This document shows, piece by piece, positions 9,119-18,400 of a stretch of DNA of 64,000 bases. A program made the position numbers and the translations under genes. The stretch spans positions 62,001 to 126,000 of the IMG/VR virus record IMGVR_UViG_3300031857_000010. One strand, 5' to 3'. Numbering within the stretch: the stretch's first letter is position 1; each line of letters starts with the position of its first letter. A model generated the notes under the pieces. It was not told where the DNA came from. It did no database searches and was given only the letters and a program-made list of their open reading frames with translations.

Positions 9119-12100
9119 TTATTCAGAATCACTATTCTCATCCTTGATCTTATTCAAATATGAGTCTATGCTTTTCATCATTTTTCTTGTTTGGATATCA
9201 AATTTTCTATTTTCAACAATTAATTTATTTTCAGTTAAAGGGGCACCAGCTTCAGCTTCTGCTCCGCCTGCTGCTGGTTCAGTTCCACCTGCTTCCGGTG
9301 CTGCTTCAGCTCCTCCTAATTCAGGGGTTGCTTCTGGTGTTGCTTCTGCACCACCTCCAAGACCACCTAATACGCTAGAACCTCCAAAACCTCCACTGGA
9401 CTCTTCTCCCCCTGATGATTCAGATCCACCTTCAGGTGTTGAACCACCATCACCAGCATCAAAATCTGGTTTTCTAAATTTTTCATCCAAATCTTTGAAT
9501 ATACCAGTATCCATATATTCATCATTTGCTCTCTCAATCTCAGAAAACATTTTCTTTTCAACTTTCTTTTGTCTAAGAATTTGTTTGATCTCTGACTTTG
9601 AAAAACCTAGAATATATTCCATTGCCCAAGAATAAGAAACAGGAGCAGTGGCATCACTTGAGAATAATTCTTTGAAAACTTCCATTCTTGCTTTCCAAGT
9701 TTCGAGTTTTAATAACTCTAGCTGTGTTGATGGATTTGTCAAAGTCAAAGTAAAATTATCTAAGTCATCTTCAAATCCTAAAAAGTATAAATGTACATTA
9801 GCTATTCTTCTTAATTCAAGAACTATCTGTTCTTGAATTCTGTTTATAGTTCTAGCAAATCTCAAATCAACTTGAGAAAGAGTTGAACCTCCCGGCATAG
9901 ATTCAGCATAGTTCAAATATGTTTTTGGAACTTTGATTGCAGCAAATAATTTGTTTTGTAAATATTCTATATCGGCTATGGCATCTAAATTAGAATTTTG
10001 TGTAAAAATGCCTACGGTTAAAGCAAAATTGTGAAAATTATGATATTGTTCAGGGCCATCAATTGTGATAGTTCCTGTATCTTGTTTATCGGATAAAAAT
10101 TCCACTGAAACAATTTTATGGTTGTAGCAATAAGCACTATTTTTGAATTCTCTCCAATTTTTGTATCCAAAATGTTTTACTAATTTATCTAAATTATTAT
10201 GTGTGATTCCTTTGCTTTTTAAAAATTGTTTATTATTTGAATTTAACTCATTAAAAATTTTATAAAATTCATTGTTTGAATCATTTATAATTGGTAAAAT
10301 ATCCTGAGTTTTATTAAAACCATTTTTTATCAAATCAGATAAAATAGAGATCATTCTTTCATCATATTTAATCCTTTGTGGACCAATAACACTTTCTACA
10401 TAATCTTTATTTTCCCATAATTTTTTTGAGTTTTGACTGTATCGAATTTTATTTTCTAACTTGTTTTTAGTTATTTTTGCTTTATTAGAAGTTCTTTTAA
10501 TTATTTCATCTTTTTTTGGATTACTTTTAAAAGTAGAAGCTGATTTTTTTCTTGATTTTAAACTGTTATCTATCGCTGTCTTTATTTTTTTATCAAGCTC
10601 TTCAGGGCTAAGGTTTTCAAAATATTTTACAAGTCCCTTTTTTCTTTCTTTTTTCCATGATTCAGTTATTTCATTTCCAAAAAATTTATACATTTCATCA
10701 ATTTTATCTTGGTGATAATAAAAATGATCTTTCGGATTCATAAAACATAAATTTTCGGGTGAATTGTTATATCTATTGAAGTCTTTGTGATGAATTGTGT
10801 TTTTTTCACTATCAAAATATTCATTTAGATATGAAAATATTTCATGTTCATTTAAATTTTTAAAATAATTAGCTACTAATCTATGTGTATATATCCATTC
10901 ATTTGAATTATGATCAAACACCATTTCATAAGTGTTTCTTTTTCTTTTTTTACCAGCTCCTTTAATTTTTTGAAATTTTTTATTGAATGACCACATAGAT
11001 TCACCTATTTGCAAATCCTTTGCTTGTTTAATTCCATTAAATTTAGTTGGAAATTTGTGATCAGGTGTTGTGGTAATTGTTTCACCATTATCTAATGTTA
11101 TTTTTACTACATCAGTATTTTTTCTAGTTAATCCAGCCCAAGTTATTTTTCCGGGAACTATTTCTCCTGTTTCTGGATTAATTGAATATGACCAAAGTTG
11201 TTTTCCATTTTCAAATTCAGAAATTATATCTTTTAGTTCTAGGCTTCTTCCATCTAATAATTCAATTTTTGTATCTAAAGCAAGACATGCTCCGGGTAAA
11301 GTTTCAATTTTAGAACTCTTATCCCCTCTTATTGGCAAGAAATAATCCTCTTCGTAAGTTATTGGATTGTATTTTAAATTTACTTGACCACTATTCGGAT
11401 CAACAACAGGAGATTTTTTAACATTCTTTTTTACCTGCTCAATTAATTGATAAACATCATTTGGATCTGTGTTCCCAACTTCAATATAAAATATTCTCCT
11501 CTCAGGTGCTCTGGATAAACGATAAACCAACATAGCGTCTTCTGCTAACTGTAATTGTTTCCAAAGTTTTCTTGCAGGATCTAACAAACTTCTACCATAA
11601 GGCAATCTTGAAGCATCAAATAATAAACAAAAGTGAGCAACTTGCCATTCCTCAAAAAACATATTGTTAATATCCCATTTGTATCTTGTCGATTTTGGAT
11701 TTCCATCATAACCAACTTCTTTATGAATTTCACCAACTGGTAAAATCATACAATCGTATATTCCTTGATCCTGATCAATTTCTAATTTCAAGAAACAATC
11801 TCCGTATTTACATAATTCTCTTGTCCAAAAACTTAAATTAAATTCAGCATTTAATGTATTATAAAATAATTCTTGTAAAATTTTCTTTATTCTTAAATTA
11901 TCAGAATATATTGTTATTACATGACCCCTTTCACTTCTAGTGCAAACTTCATCTGAGATTATATCTAAAGCAGCAGCGATTTCAGGAGACAAATCCATGG
12001 ACCTAAAATCGTTATATGCTGTAATTCTGTCTGAATCATAAAACAACGTTCTTGAATATAAATCTTGAGCAATTTTAACAGATTGTATGTCAAGATATTG

Positions 12101-12262
12101 TTGTTGTTTTTGCTGAATAAAATTAATATCAGAGGATTGTGTCGGAGGAGTACTGGATAATATATCCTTACTTTGTTCCAAAGACTTCATCGGGTCTTTT
12201 CGACCTCTTAAAGCCCTCATAACACCATAAAATACACTTTTTGGGTCTAATTCGTTTGCCAT
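9119..12262 (-). CDS. Portal protein (T4 gp20-like), intein-containing
   Basis: QLAEDAMLVYRLSRAPERRIFYIEVGN, EEDYFLP.RG, IETLPGA|SNL..IADIEYLQNKLFAAIKVP, and DLRFARTINRIQ. Confidence 0.93.
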   Translation of the reverse strand: MANELDPKSVFYGVMRALRGRKDPMKSLEQSKDILSSTPPTQSSDINFIQQKQQQYLDIQSVKIAQDLYSRTLFYDSDRITAYNDFRSMDLSPEIAAALDIISDEVCTRSERGHVITIYSDNLRIKKILQELFYNTLNAEFNLSFWTRELCKYGDCFLKLEIDQDQGIYDCMILPVGEIHKEVGYDGNPKSTRYKWDINNMFFEEWQVAHFCLLFDASRLPYGRSLLDPARKLWKQLQLAEDAMLVYRLSRAPERRIFYIEVGNTDPNDVYQLIEQVKKNVKKSPVVDPNSGQVNLKYNPITYEEDYFLPIRGDKSSKIETLPGACLALDTKIELLDGRSLELKDIISEFENGKQLWSYSINPETGEIVPGKITWAGLTRKNTDVVKITLDNGETITTTPDHKFPTKFNGIKQAKDLQIGESMWSFNKKFQKIKGAGKKRKRNTYEMVFDHNSNEWIYTHRLVANYFKNLNEHEIFSYLNEYFDSEKNTIHHKDFNRYNNSPENLCFMNPKDHFYYHQDKIDEMYKFFGNEITESWKKERKKGLVKYFENLSPEELDKKIKTAIDNSLKSRKKSASTFKSNPKKDEIIKRTSNKAKITKNKLENKIRYSQNSKKLWENKDYVESVIGPQRIKYDERMISILSDLIKNGFNKTQDILPIINDSNNEFYKIFNELNSNNKQFLKSKGITHNNLDKLVKHFGYKNWREFKNSAYCYNHKIVSVEFLSDKQDTGTITIDGPEQYHNFHNFALTVGIFTQNSNLDAIADIEYLQNKLFAAIKVPKTYLNYAESMPGGSTLSQVDLRFARTINRIQEQIVLELRRIANVHLYFLGFEDDLDNFTLTLTNPSTQLELLKLETWKARMEVFKELFSSDATAPVSYSWAMEYILGFSKSEIKQILRQKKVEKKMFSEIERANDEYMDTGIFKDLDEKFRKPDFDAGDGGSTPEGGSESSGGEESSGGFGGSSVLGGLGGGAEATPEATPELGGAEAAPEAGGTEPAAGGAEAEAGAPLTENKLIVENRKFDIQTRKMMKSIDSYLNKIKDENSDSE
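9995..11287 (-). mobile_element. Intein (431 aa) in portal, with HNH-type endonuclease
   Basis: Starts CLALDTKIELLDG; block B ITTTPDH; HNH segment THRLVA..IHHKDFNRYNNSPENL; ends HNFALTVGIFTQN followed by +1 Ser. Confidence 0.92.
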
Positions 12263-12321
12263 AATAATAAATATCTCTTAAATTAATTAAATTGATTAGC
12301 AAATCATATAATTATAGATTT

Positions 12322-15063
12322 TTATCCAGACATCAACCAGCTCAAATCATTATCATCGTCTGATTTTCTGTTTTGACTCGTCAAAATAATACCCTCTGTT
12401 GGTTTGGAATCAAAATCTATTTTATCTCCGATTTCAGTTTTTTGGTTCGAAATCGCACCAATCATAGCTTTGTATAAATCTCTACTGGCAAAATGTTTGA
12501 AATATTCAGTATCTCTTACAAAAAGTAATACTCCCAAAGCAAAAATTAAATCATCATTAAATCCATCAGCATGTTCTGGTTTATTGCCATTATATATAAA
12601 AGTATCAAATTCCTCCAGTAATCTCACTGAATTTATCTTAATCTTTCCTTCTCTCATATAAGAATTTAAACTGCTTATAATTAAAGGTCTTGTTACCTGA
12701 GTTGTTTGAATACCGGGAATATCATCATTCTCTTTGATTTTAACTTTTGCTACCGGATTTATAATGTCTTTTATTGATTTTGAATGATAAATTCTGTCTT
12801 CTGGATATTTAAGACTATTTTTTATATTCAAAGTTGTTGCTAAACCAAAACTATTACATTCGATTACCAAATAAGCATTATTATAATCACGTCCAACTTT
12901 ATCAATTAAGCTTCCAAATACATCTGGTGGAATTTTACCTTGATACTCTGCTACTTGTTCACATGTATCAGCGTCAAAAACTTGTAATGTTGAAAAGTCT
13001 TTTGAATCGCCTCTTGCAACGTCTCCGCCCACAATGTAGTTTTTTCCATATTCTGGTTTTTTCCAAACCCAAAAATTTGTTTTTGTATTGATAAATCTTT
13101 CTTCAGACCTTGTATAATCATAATAAAATTCTGGTTTTTCGTTTATAATAGATCTTTTGTATTTTTCAATAATAGCACTTTCAATAACCAATTGTCTTGA
13201 ACCCTCAAATGACAAATCTAACTCTTGTGCGATTTTTACCCTATCATACTGTAATCGTTCACATTCTTTTTCATACCATGGACTTGTCCAATATTTTTGA
13301 CCATAATCATTAATTTTTTCCTCCATTTCTTTACAATAAACAGGATGTTGAGTCCAATGTATTTCAAATGGTATAAAATCATTTTCACTCTTTTTTGTTC
13401 CAACCCAAGTTCTATGATATAGGTTCCCCGTGCCTTGTGGAGTGCTTATCATGATACATTTACCTTGTGTTGCAGATAAAGCAAGACCAGCAGCCATCCA
13501 AATATCTTCTGCATTCTCTATAAACGCAGTCTCATCCAATATCAACATTGTTAATGATTCTCCACGACCTGCATTTTTGGAACTTGCAACTGCTTTTACC
13601 CATGATATTTTACCTTCTGGATTTTTCAATGAAAAGAATTTTTCATTGTCTTTTTCAGATTGTGTATCTGGATCAAATAAAAATTTAGGAAGAAATTGAA
13701 AATATTGTTTAACGGTACTTAAAAAACGAATTGCTCCAGCACCATCGTTTGCAACAATTAATATTCTTTGGTCCATTTTGAACAATAACATCCAAACTAC
13801 AAAGCCTGCTGTGATTACAGAAAGTCCTGTATTGTGAACTAAAAGACCATCAATAAAGTAGTTTTCATTTTTAGTTACTGAAATGTCATAACAATTAATT
13901 TTTCCAACTCTCTCTATTTTTCTAACTTTTGATTGATCTTTTACATCATGTTTTCTTGAATTTGAAATTGAAACGTGTTCTGAATTTATTTTTTTATAAA
14001 TTCCTATATCATTAATAAATTTTGATATGCTTTTGGAGTGAGTTATTCTTAATTTAAAAAAAGGATTTTTTTGAAGTTTCATATTTTTAACTTCATAAAT
14101 ATTACATTTAATATCAAATTTTTTTAATAAAAATTTTACTTGTTCTAAAAATTCCTTGCTTGGGGAAGCTATTCCTATTTCTAATCTTTTATTTGTTTTT
14201 TTCTTTAAAATACTTATCCAACCATCTCCTGCAAACATTCTATTTAATAAAATAGATAATGAATTCTTATTCCAATAAAAAACTTCTTGAGGTAATATTT
14301 TATTTTCTGTTTTCTTTCCAGCTATTTTTTTATTTTCACACCATTCCATGATTGGACTTTTGGTATTAACCCCATGCTTTTGATGAGGTAAATAATCGAA
14401 TCCTTTTAGTTTTGGTATTTTTCTTAAACTTAATTCTGGAAAAATATAATTTATTGATTCTTCAAATTCTTTTAGATAATCAATATTGTTGTTTGTAAAT
14501 TTTACTTGTTTGATTGTACTTCCATCCGTTATGAGATAAGCTAACAATTTTATTTCATTTATATCAGCTTCAATTTCCCCAAATTGAAATTTTTGATCTA
14601 AAATTTCATCGTCAATTTCTAAATCTTTTGCTGATACCCATTTGTTTTTATTTTTTATGAAAAAAGGGTGATTTTCACCAACAACAATATTTCTTGAATC
14701 TTTTAATTTTATTTTTACAGATTCTATTTCTCCGCATTCCCAATGATCATAAACCGTATCTAATTCATATTTATTTTTATTTAAATTGAATGAATATACT
14801 ATATCTCCTTTGTTTATTTCACTTATTTTTTTTGGCCCATCTGGTGTACTTATAAAAGTATCTTCTGGTAAACATTGTCTTGATTTTAGAATAATATTAT
14901 TCTGATATTTTATGTAATTTTTCAATACATTCTCTTGATACTCAAAACAAGATAATTTATCTACTTTGCTTTTTCTAATATCATAAACATATCCATAGTT
15001 ATTTAGAAAATAAACTGGATCTTTTGCACATTTAATATATTCTTGTATCTCTTGAGGTGTCAT
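12322..15063 (-). CDS. terL: Terminase large subunit, intein-containing
   Basis: KSRQ|TGLS Walker A region, LILDETAFI Walker B, ISTPQG, nuclease GGDVARGDSKDFS and DGFNDDLIFA; adjacent to the portal. Confidence 0.95.
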   Translation of the reverse strand: MTPQEIQEYIKCAKDPVYFLNNYGYVYDIRKSKVDKLSCFEYQENVLKNYIKYQNNIILKSRQCLPEDTFISTPDGPKKISEINKGDIVYSFNLNKNKYELDTVYDHWECGEIESVKIKLKDSRNIVVGENHPFFIKNKNKWVSAKDLEIDDEILDQKFQFGEIEADINEIKLLAYLITDGSTIKQVKFTNNNIDYLKEFEESINYIFPELSLRKIPKLKGFDYLPHQKHGVNTKSPIMEWCENKKIAGKKTENKILPQEVFYWNKNSLSILLNRMFAGDGWISILKKKTNKRLEIGIASPSKEFLEQVKFLLKKFDIKCNIYEVKNMKLQKNPFFKLRITHSKSISKFINDIGIYKKINSEHVSISNSRKHDVKDQSKVRKIERVGKINCYDISVTKNENYFIDGLLVHNTGLSVITAGFVVWMLLFKMDQRILIVANDGAGAIRFLSTVKQYFQFLPKFLFDPDTQSEKDNEKFFSLKNPEGKISWVKAVASSKNAGRGESLTMLILDETAFIENAEDIWMAAGLALSATQGKCIMISTPQGTGNLYHRTWVGTKKSENDFIPFEIHWTQHPVYCKEMEEKINDYGQKYWTSPWYEKECERLQYDRVKIAQELDLSFEGSRQLVIESAIIEKYKRSIINEKPEFYYDYTRSEERFINTKTNFWVWKKPEYGKNYIVGGDVARGDSKDFSTLQVFDADTCEQVAEYQGKIPPDVFGSLIDKVGRDYNNAYLVIECNSFGLATTLNIKNSLKYPEDRIYHSKSIKDIINPVAKVKIKENDDIPGIQTTQVTRPLIISSLNSYMREGKIKINSVRLLEEFDTFIYNGNKPEHADGFNDDLIFALGVLLFVRDTEYFKHFASRDLYKAMIGAISNQKTEIGDKIDFDSKPTEGIILTSQNRKSDDDNDLSWLMSG
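13831..14874 (-). mobile_element. Intein (348 aa) in TerL with LAGLIDADG endonuclease
   Basis: CLPEDTFISTPDG start; LLAYLITDGS and LLNRMFAGDGWI motifs; ends CYDISV..NENYFIDGLLVHN followed by +1 Thr. Confidence 0.95.
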
Positions 15064-15071
15064 CTAAAATA

Positions 15072-15101
15072 AATAGCTCTATTATTAAAAATAGAGCTAT
15101 T
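15072..15101. terminator. 12-bp inverted repeat, probable terminator, just upstream of terL
   Basis: AATAGCTCTATT-N6-AATAGAGCTATT. Confidence 0.5.
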
Positions 15102-15118
15102 ATAGAAAAATTGAATGA

Positions 15119-15436
15119 TTATAAACCTACATATACTATAGGTTGAGAATTTACAGTTGCACCAGAATTAACATTGTATAATTCTGAAACATACATAACA
15201 TTTGTTGTTTGATTTCTCAAATAAAATTGATGATAACCATAAGTGTCAGAAGACCAACTTACCGAAAAAGTAGCAGCACTCTGATTTATTAGATTTATAT
15301 CAGGTATTATTGTGTTTGAGATTTGGCCATTCACATAGAAATTCAAATCAAAAGTTGCAGCAGATACCGGATTATTATTGGTATCAAACGATTGAACTAT
15401 TTCATAAACTGTTTGTCCTGTTGTTGCGTCTATCAT
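15119..15436 (-). CDS. Hypothetical virion-associated protein
   Basis: 105-aa beta-rich ORF downstream of the tail fibre gene. Confidence 0.6.
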   Translation of the reverse strand: MIDATTGQTVYEIVQSFDTNNNPVSAATFDLNFYVNGQISNTIIPDINLINQSAATFSVSWSSDTYGYHQFYLRNQTTNVMYVSELYNVNSGATVNSQPIVYVGL

Positions 15437-15456
15437 TTTAGTATTTATTTATTTTT

Positions 15457-18400
15457 TTAAGCAGGTTCATAGCTAATTGTATAAGAAAATTCTAAAGTAT
15501 TTCCCAAGGTATTATCTACTTGAAATCCCACATAAAGAAATGTTTCACATGCTAATAAATCTACCGGAGCATTTGCACTTACTGAAAAACATGCATGTCC
15601 ACTTGTTGAATTAAAACCTACGGGTGTTGCTTCATTGTCTGCTATTGCTTTTGTTGATCTTGCATCTATAGCAAAGTCGGAACATAATAGGTAAGACAAT
15701 TGAACTGTCAAATTTCTCGATACACCTACAGCTCCTCTTGAATAAGCCATTCCACAAACTTTAATTTTATAAGAGGTCCCAATATCTCTTGGTAAAGGAA
15801 CACCACAATTGAAATCTGAATTATCAGTTAAAGTTGCTGGGGCATTAATTCCTGCTTGTAAATCCCAAGGAACAGCATTCCAGCCTCCATCTATTGAATT
15901 ACCTACATAATATCTATTTGCATTAGGGTTGTTTATATAGCCAGAGTTTGCAGCTATTAATCCCTTATCTGTACCACTTGTACCAGAAGTTCCACTTGAT
16001 CCAGAGCTACCAGAAGAACCAGATGTACCACGACTCCCTGAACTACCAGAGGAACCTGATGTACCTGCTGCACCGGAACTACCAGAAGAGCCTGATGTAC
16101 CGCCACCACCTCCACTTGTTGAAGAATAAACATATCCATTAGCATCTATGGTAAGGAATTTTGTTCCACCGTTTGGTGTGTTCCTTATTCTAAGATAATC
16201 TACATATGTATGATTGTTATCATTTCCAGTTGATGATGAAGAAGGATTTGATAATGAAAGACCAGTGCTTCCTAAAATTACTGCGTTTGTTACATTTGAA
16301 TTTATAATATTTGCAGAACCTCCAACTATTGATGAATTAGTTGAACCTGCACTAACAGTATTTCCTGAACCATTTAGAATTGCTGATCTAATTGCATTTG
16401 TAATATTTTCTTGACCATTAACGACCGCTGAATATTGTCCTAGAGTTGTGTTTGAAAGACCATTTCCAATAAAACTTCCTATTCCAGTAGCTTTATTACT
16501 TATACCATTTATGGTTGATGAATATGTATTTATTGCTGTGTTTCCAGAACCATTTCCTATAAAACTACCAATTCCACTTGCTGTATTATTTTTACCGTTT
16601 ATTATAGTTGCATAAGTATTAAAGCCTGCTGTATTTCCAGACCCTTGAGCTATGAAAGTTTTTATTCCATTAGCTAAATTATATTCTCCATTTATAACTG
16701 TAGAATAAAAAGTTGTTGCTGAGTTTTTGAAACCATTTAAGATAGAGCCCCATTTTCTAACAACTTTATTTTGAACGCCATTAACAATTACATTATAGCC
16801 TTGATTTCCTTGATTTGCAAAAATACCAGCATAATTTTCAACTCCAGTACCTATAAATACATGTTTTGTAATAGCTGTATTTGCAACTCCGTTCACAATG
16901 GTTGTATAACCGGTTTTTGGCATATTGCCGTTACCGCCTCTCGATTCAATATAATTATCCTTACCATTTAGTATTGTACTGAATTTTGTTTTGTTTGTAT
17001 TTCCAGTACCATTCAAAATGGTTGCAAATTCAGGTTGGTAAATTGAGAATGGAAAACTATAACCAGCACCTCTTGTTGGTATTATTCTATTCAAAAATCC
17101 TTGGCCTATTAATGCAAATATATTTGTGGTATTCTGCCCACTTATATAATTACTTATACCACCAATTATAGAACTTTGTGTAGTCAATCGATGTGTGGTA
17201 TTTCCAGAACCATTTATAATTGTTGAATAACTAGAGAAAATTTCATTATCTTGTCCATTTCCAATTAAAGATGTTGCACCTGAAATTAAATTGCTTCTAC
17301 CATTACCAATAAAAGATTGACTTCCATAAACTGTATTTCCTGATCCATTGAAAATGCCAGAATAAGTTGAATTGAATGCATTGTTTTTGATAACTCTGTT
17401 AATTTTTCCATTTATTACGGATGAATAATTAGAGTAGACATCATTTGTAAAACCATTTAAAATTGCTGAAGTTGATCCCGATATTAAATTAGATGTACCA
17501 TTTCCAATAAATGATAAATCTCCAAAAACAGTATTTCCTGAACCATTGAAAATGCCAGAATAAGTAGAATTAAATGCGTTATTTTTGATAACTCTGTTAA
17601 TTTTACCATTTACAATTGCTGAATAATTTGAGTAAATATCATTTGTTAATCCATTTAGAATTGCTGAAGTTGATCCGGATATTAAATTAGATTTACCGTT
17701 TCCAATAATAGAAGTGCTTCCATAAACTGTATTTGCGGATCCACTAAAAATTGCAGAATAAGTAGAGTCTATTACACCTCTATCTTTACCTACTAAATTA
17801 ACTCTGCCGTTTATAATTGTAGTGAATTGAGTTCTTGCTGTGTTTATATATCCATTTAATACTTGAGAGAACTTAGTGTCATACCGTGTACCAGATGGTG
17901 TAGGACTAGAAAATCCTACCCTGTTTAACCAACCAGCTAAAACTGTATTAAATCCTAAGCTATTTGTTAATCTAGCATGATAAATAGTATTTTGTTTACC
18001 ACCACCAATTAAATTATATCCACCATTATTTAAAGTTATTAAATTATTAATTCCATTTAATATTGTACTGTGTCTATAATCAGCTATTTGATTGTTTCTG
18101 CCACCCAATATAGTATGACCCAAACTATACACATTTGGAGGTAATCCTGATCTTGTTCCAACGGTGTTTCCAGATCCACCAATAATTGAATTTTCAGATG
18201 AAAAACCAGCATTATTTGGTCTGATGAAATTATCATATCCATTTAAAATTGTTGATACTGATGGGCCTGCACTTATGAAATTTCCACGACCATTACCTAT
18301 TAAATGATATTTTCTACCATAATGTACTGTGTTTCCAGAACCGTTTATTACAGTAGAGAAACGCGAATTAGCTGTATTAAATCTTCCGCTTCCAATTAAA

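Noticed and set aside
9066-13699. Antisense and off-frame ORFs over the portal and terL (e.g. 9066-9635, 10461-10715, 12404-12661)
   Set aside because: They are shadows of strongly supported genes; the Pro/Ser-rich 9066 ORF mirrors the Gly/Glu portal tail.
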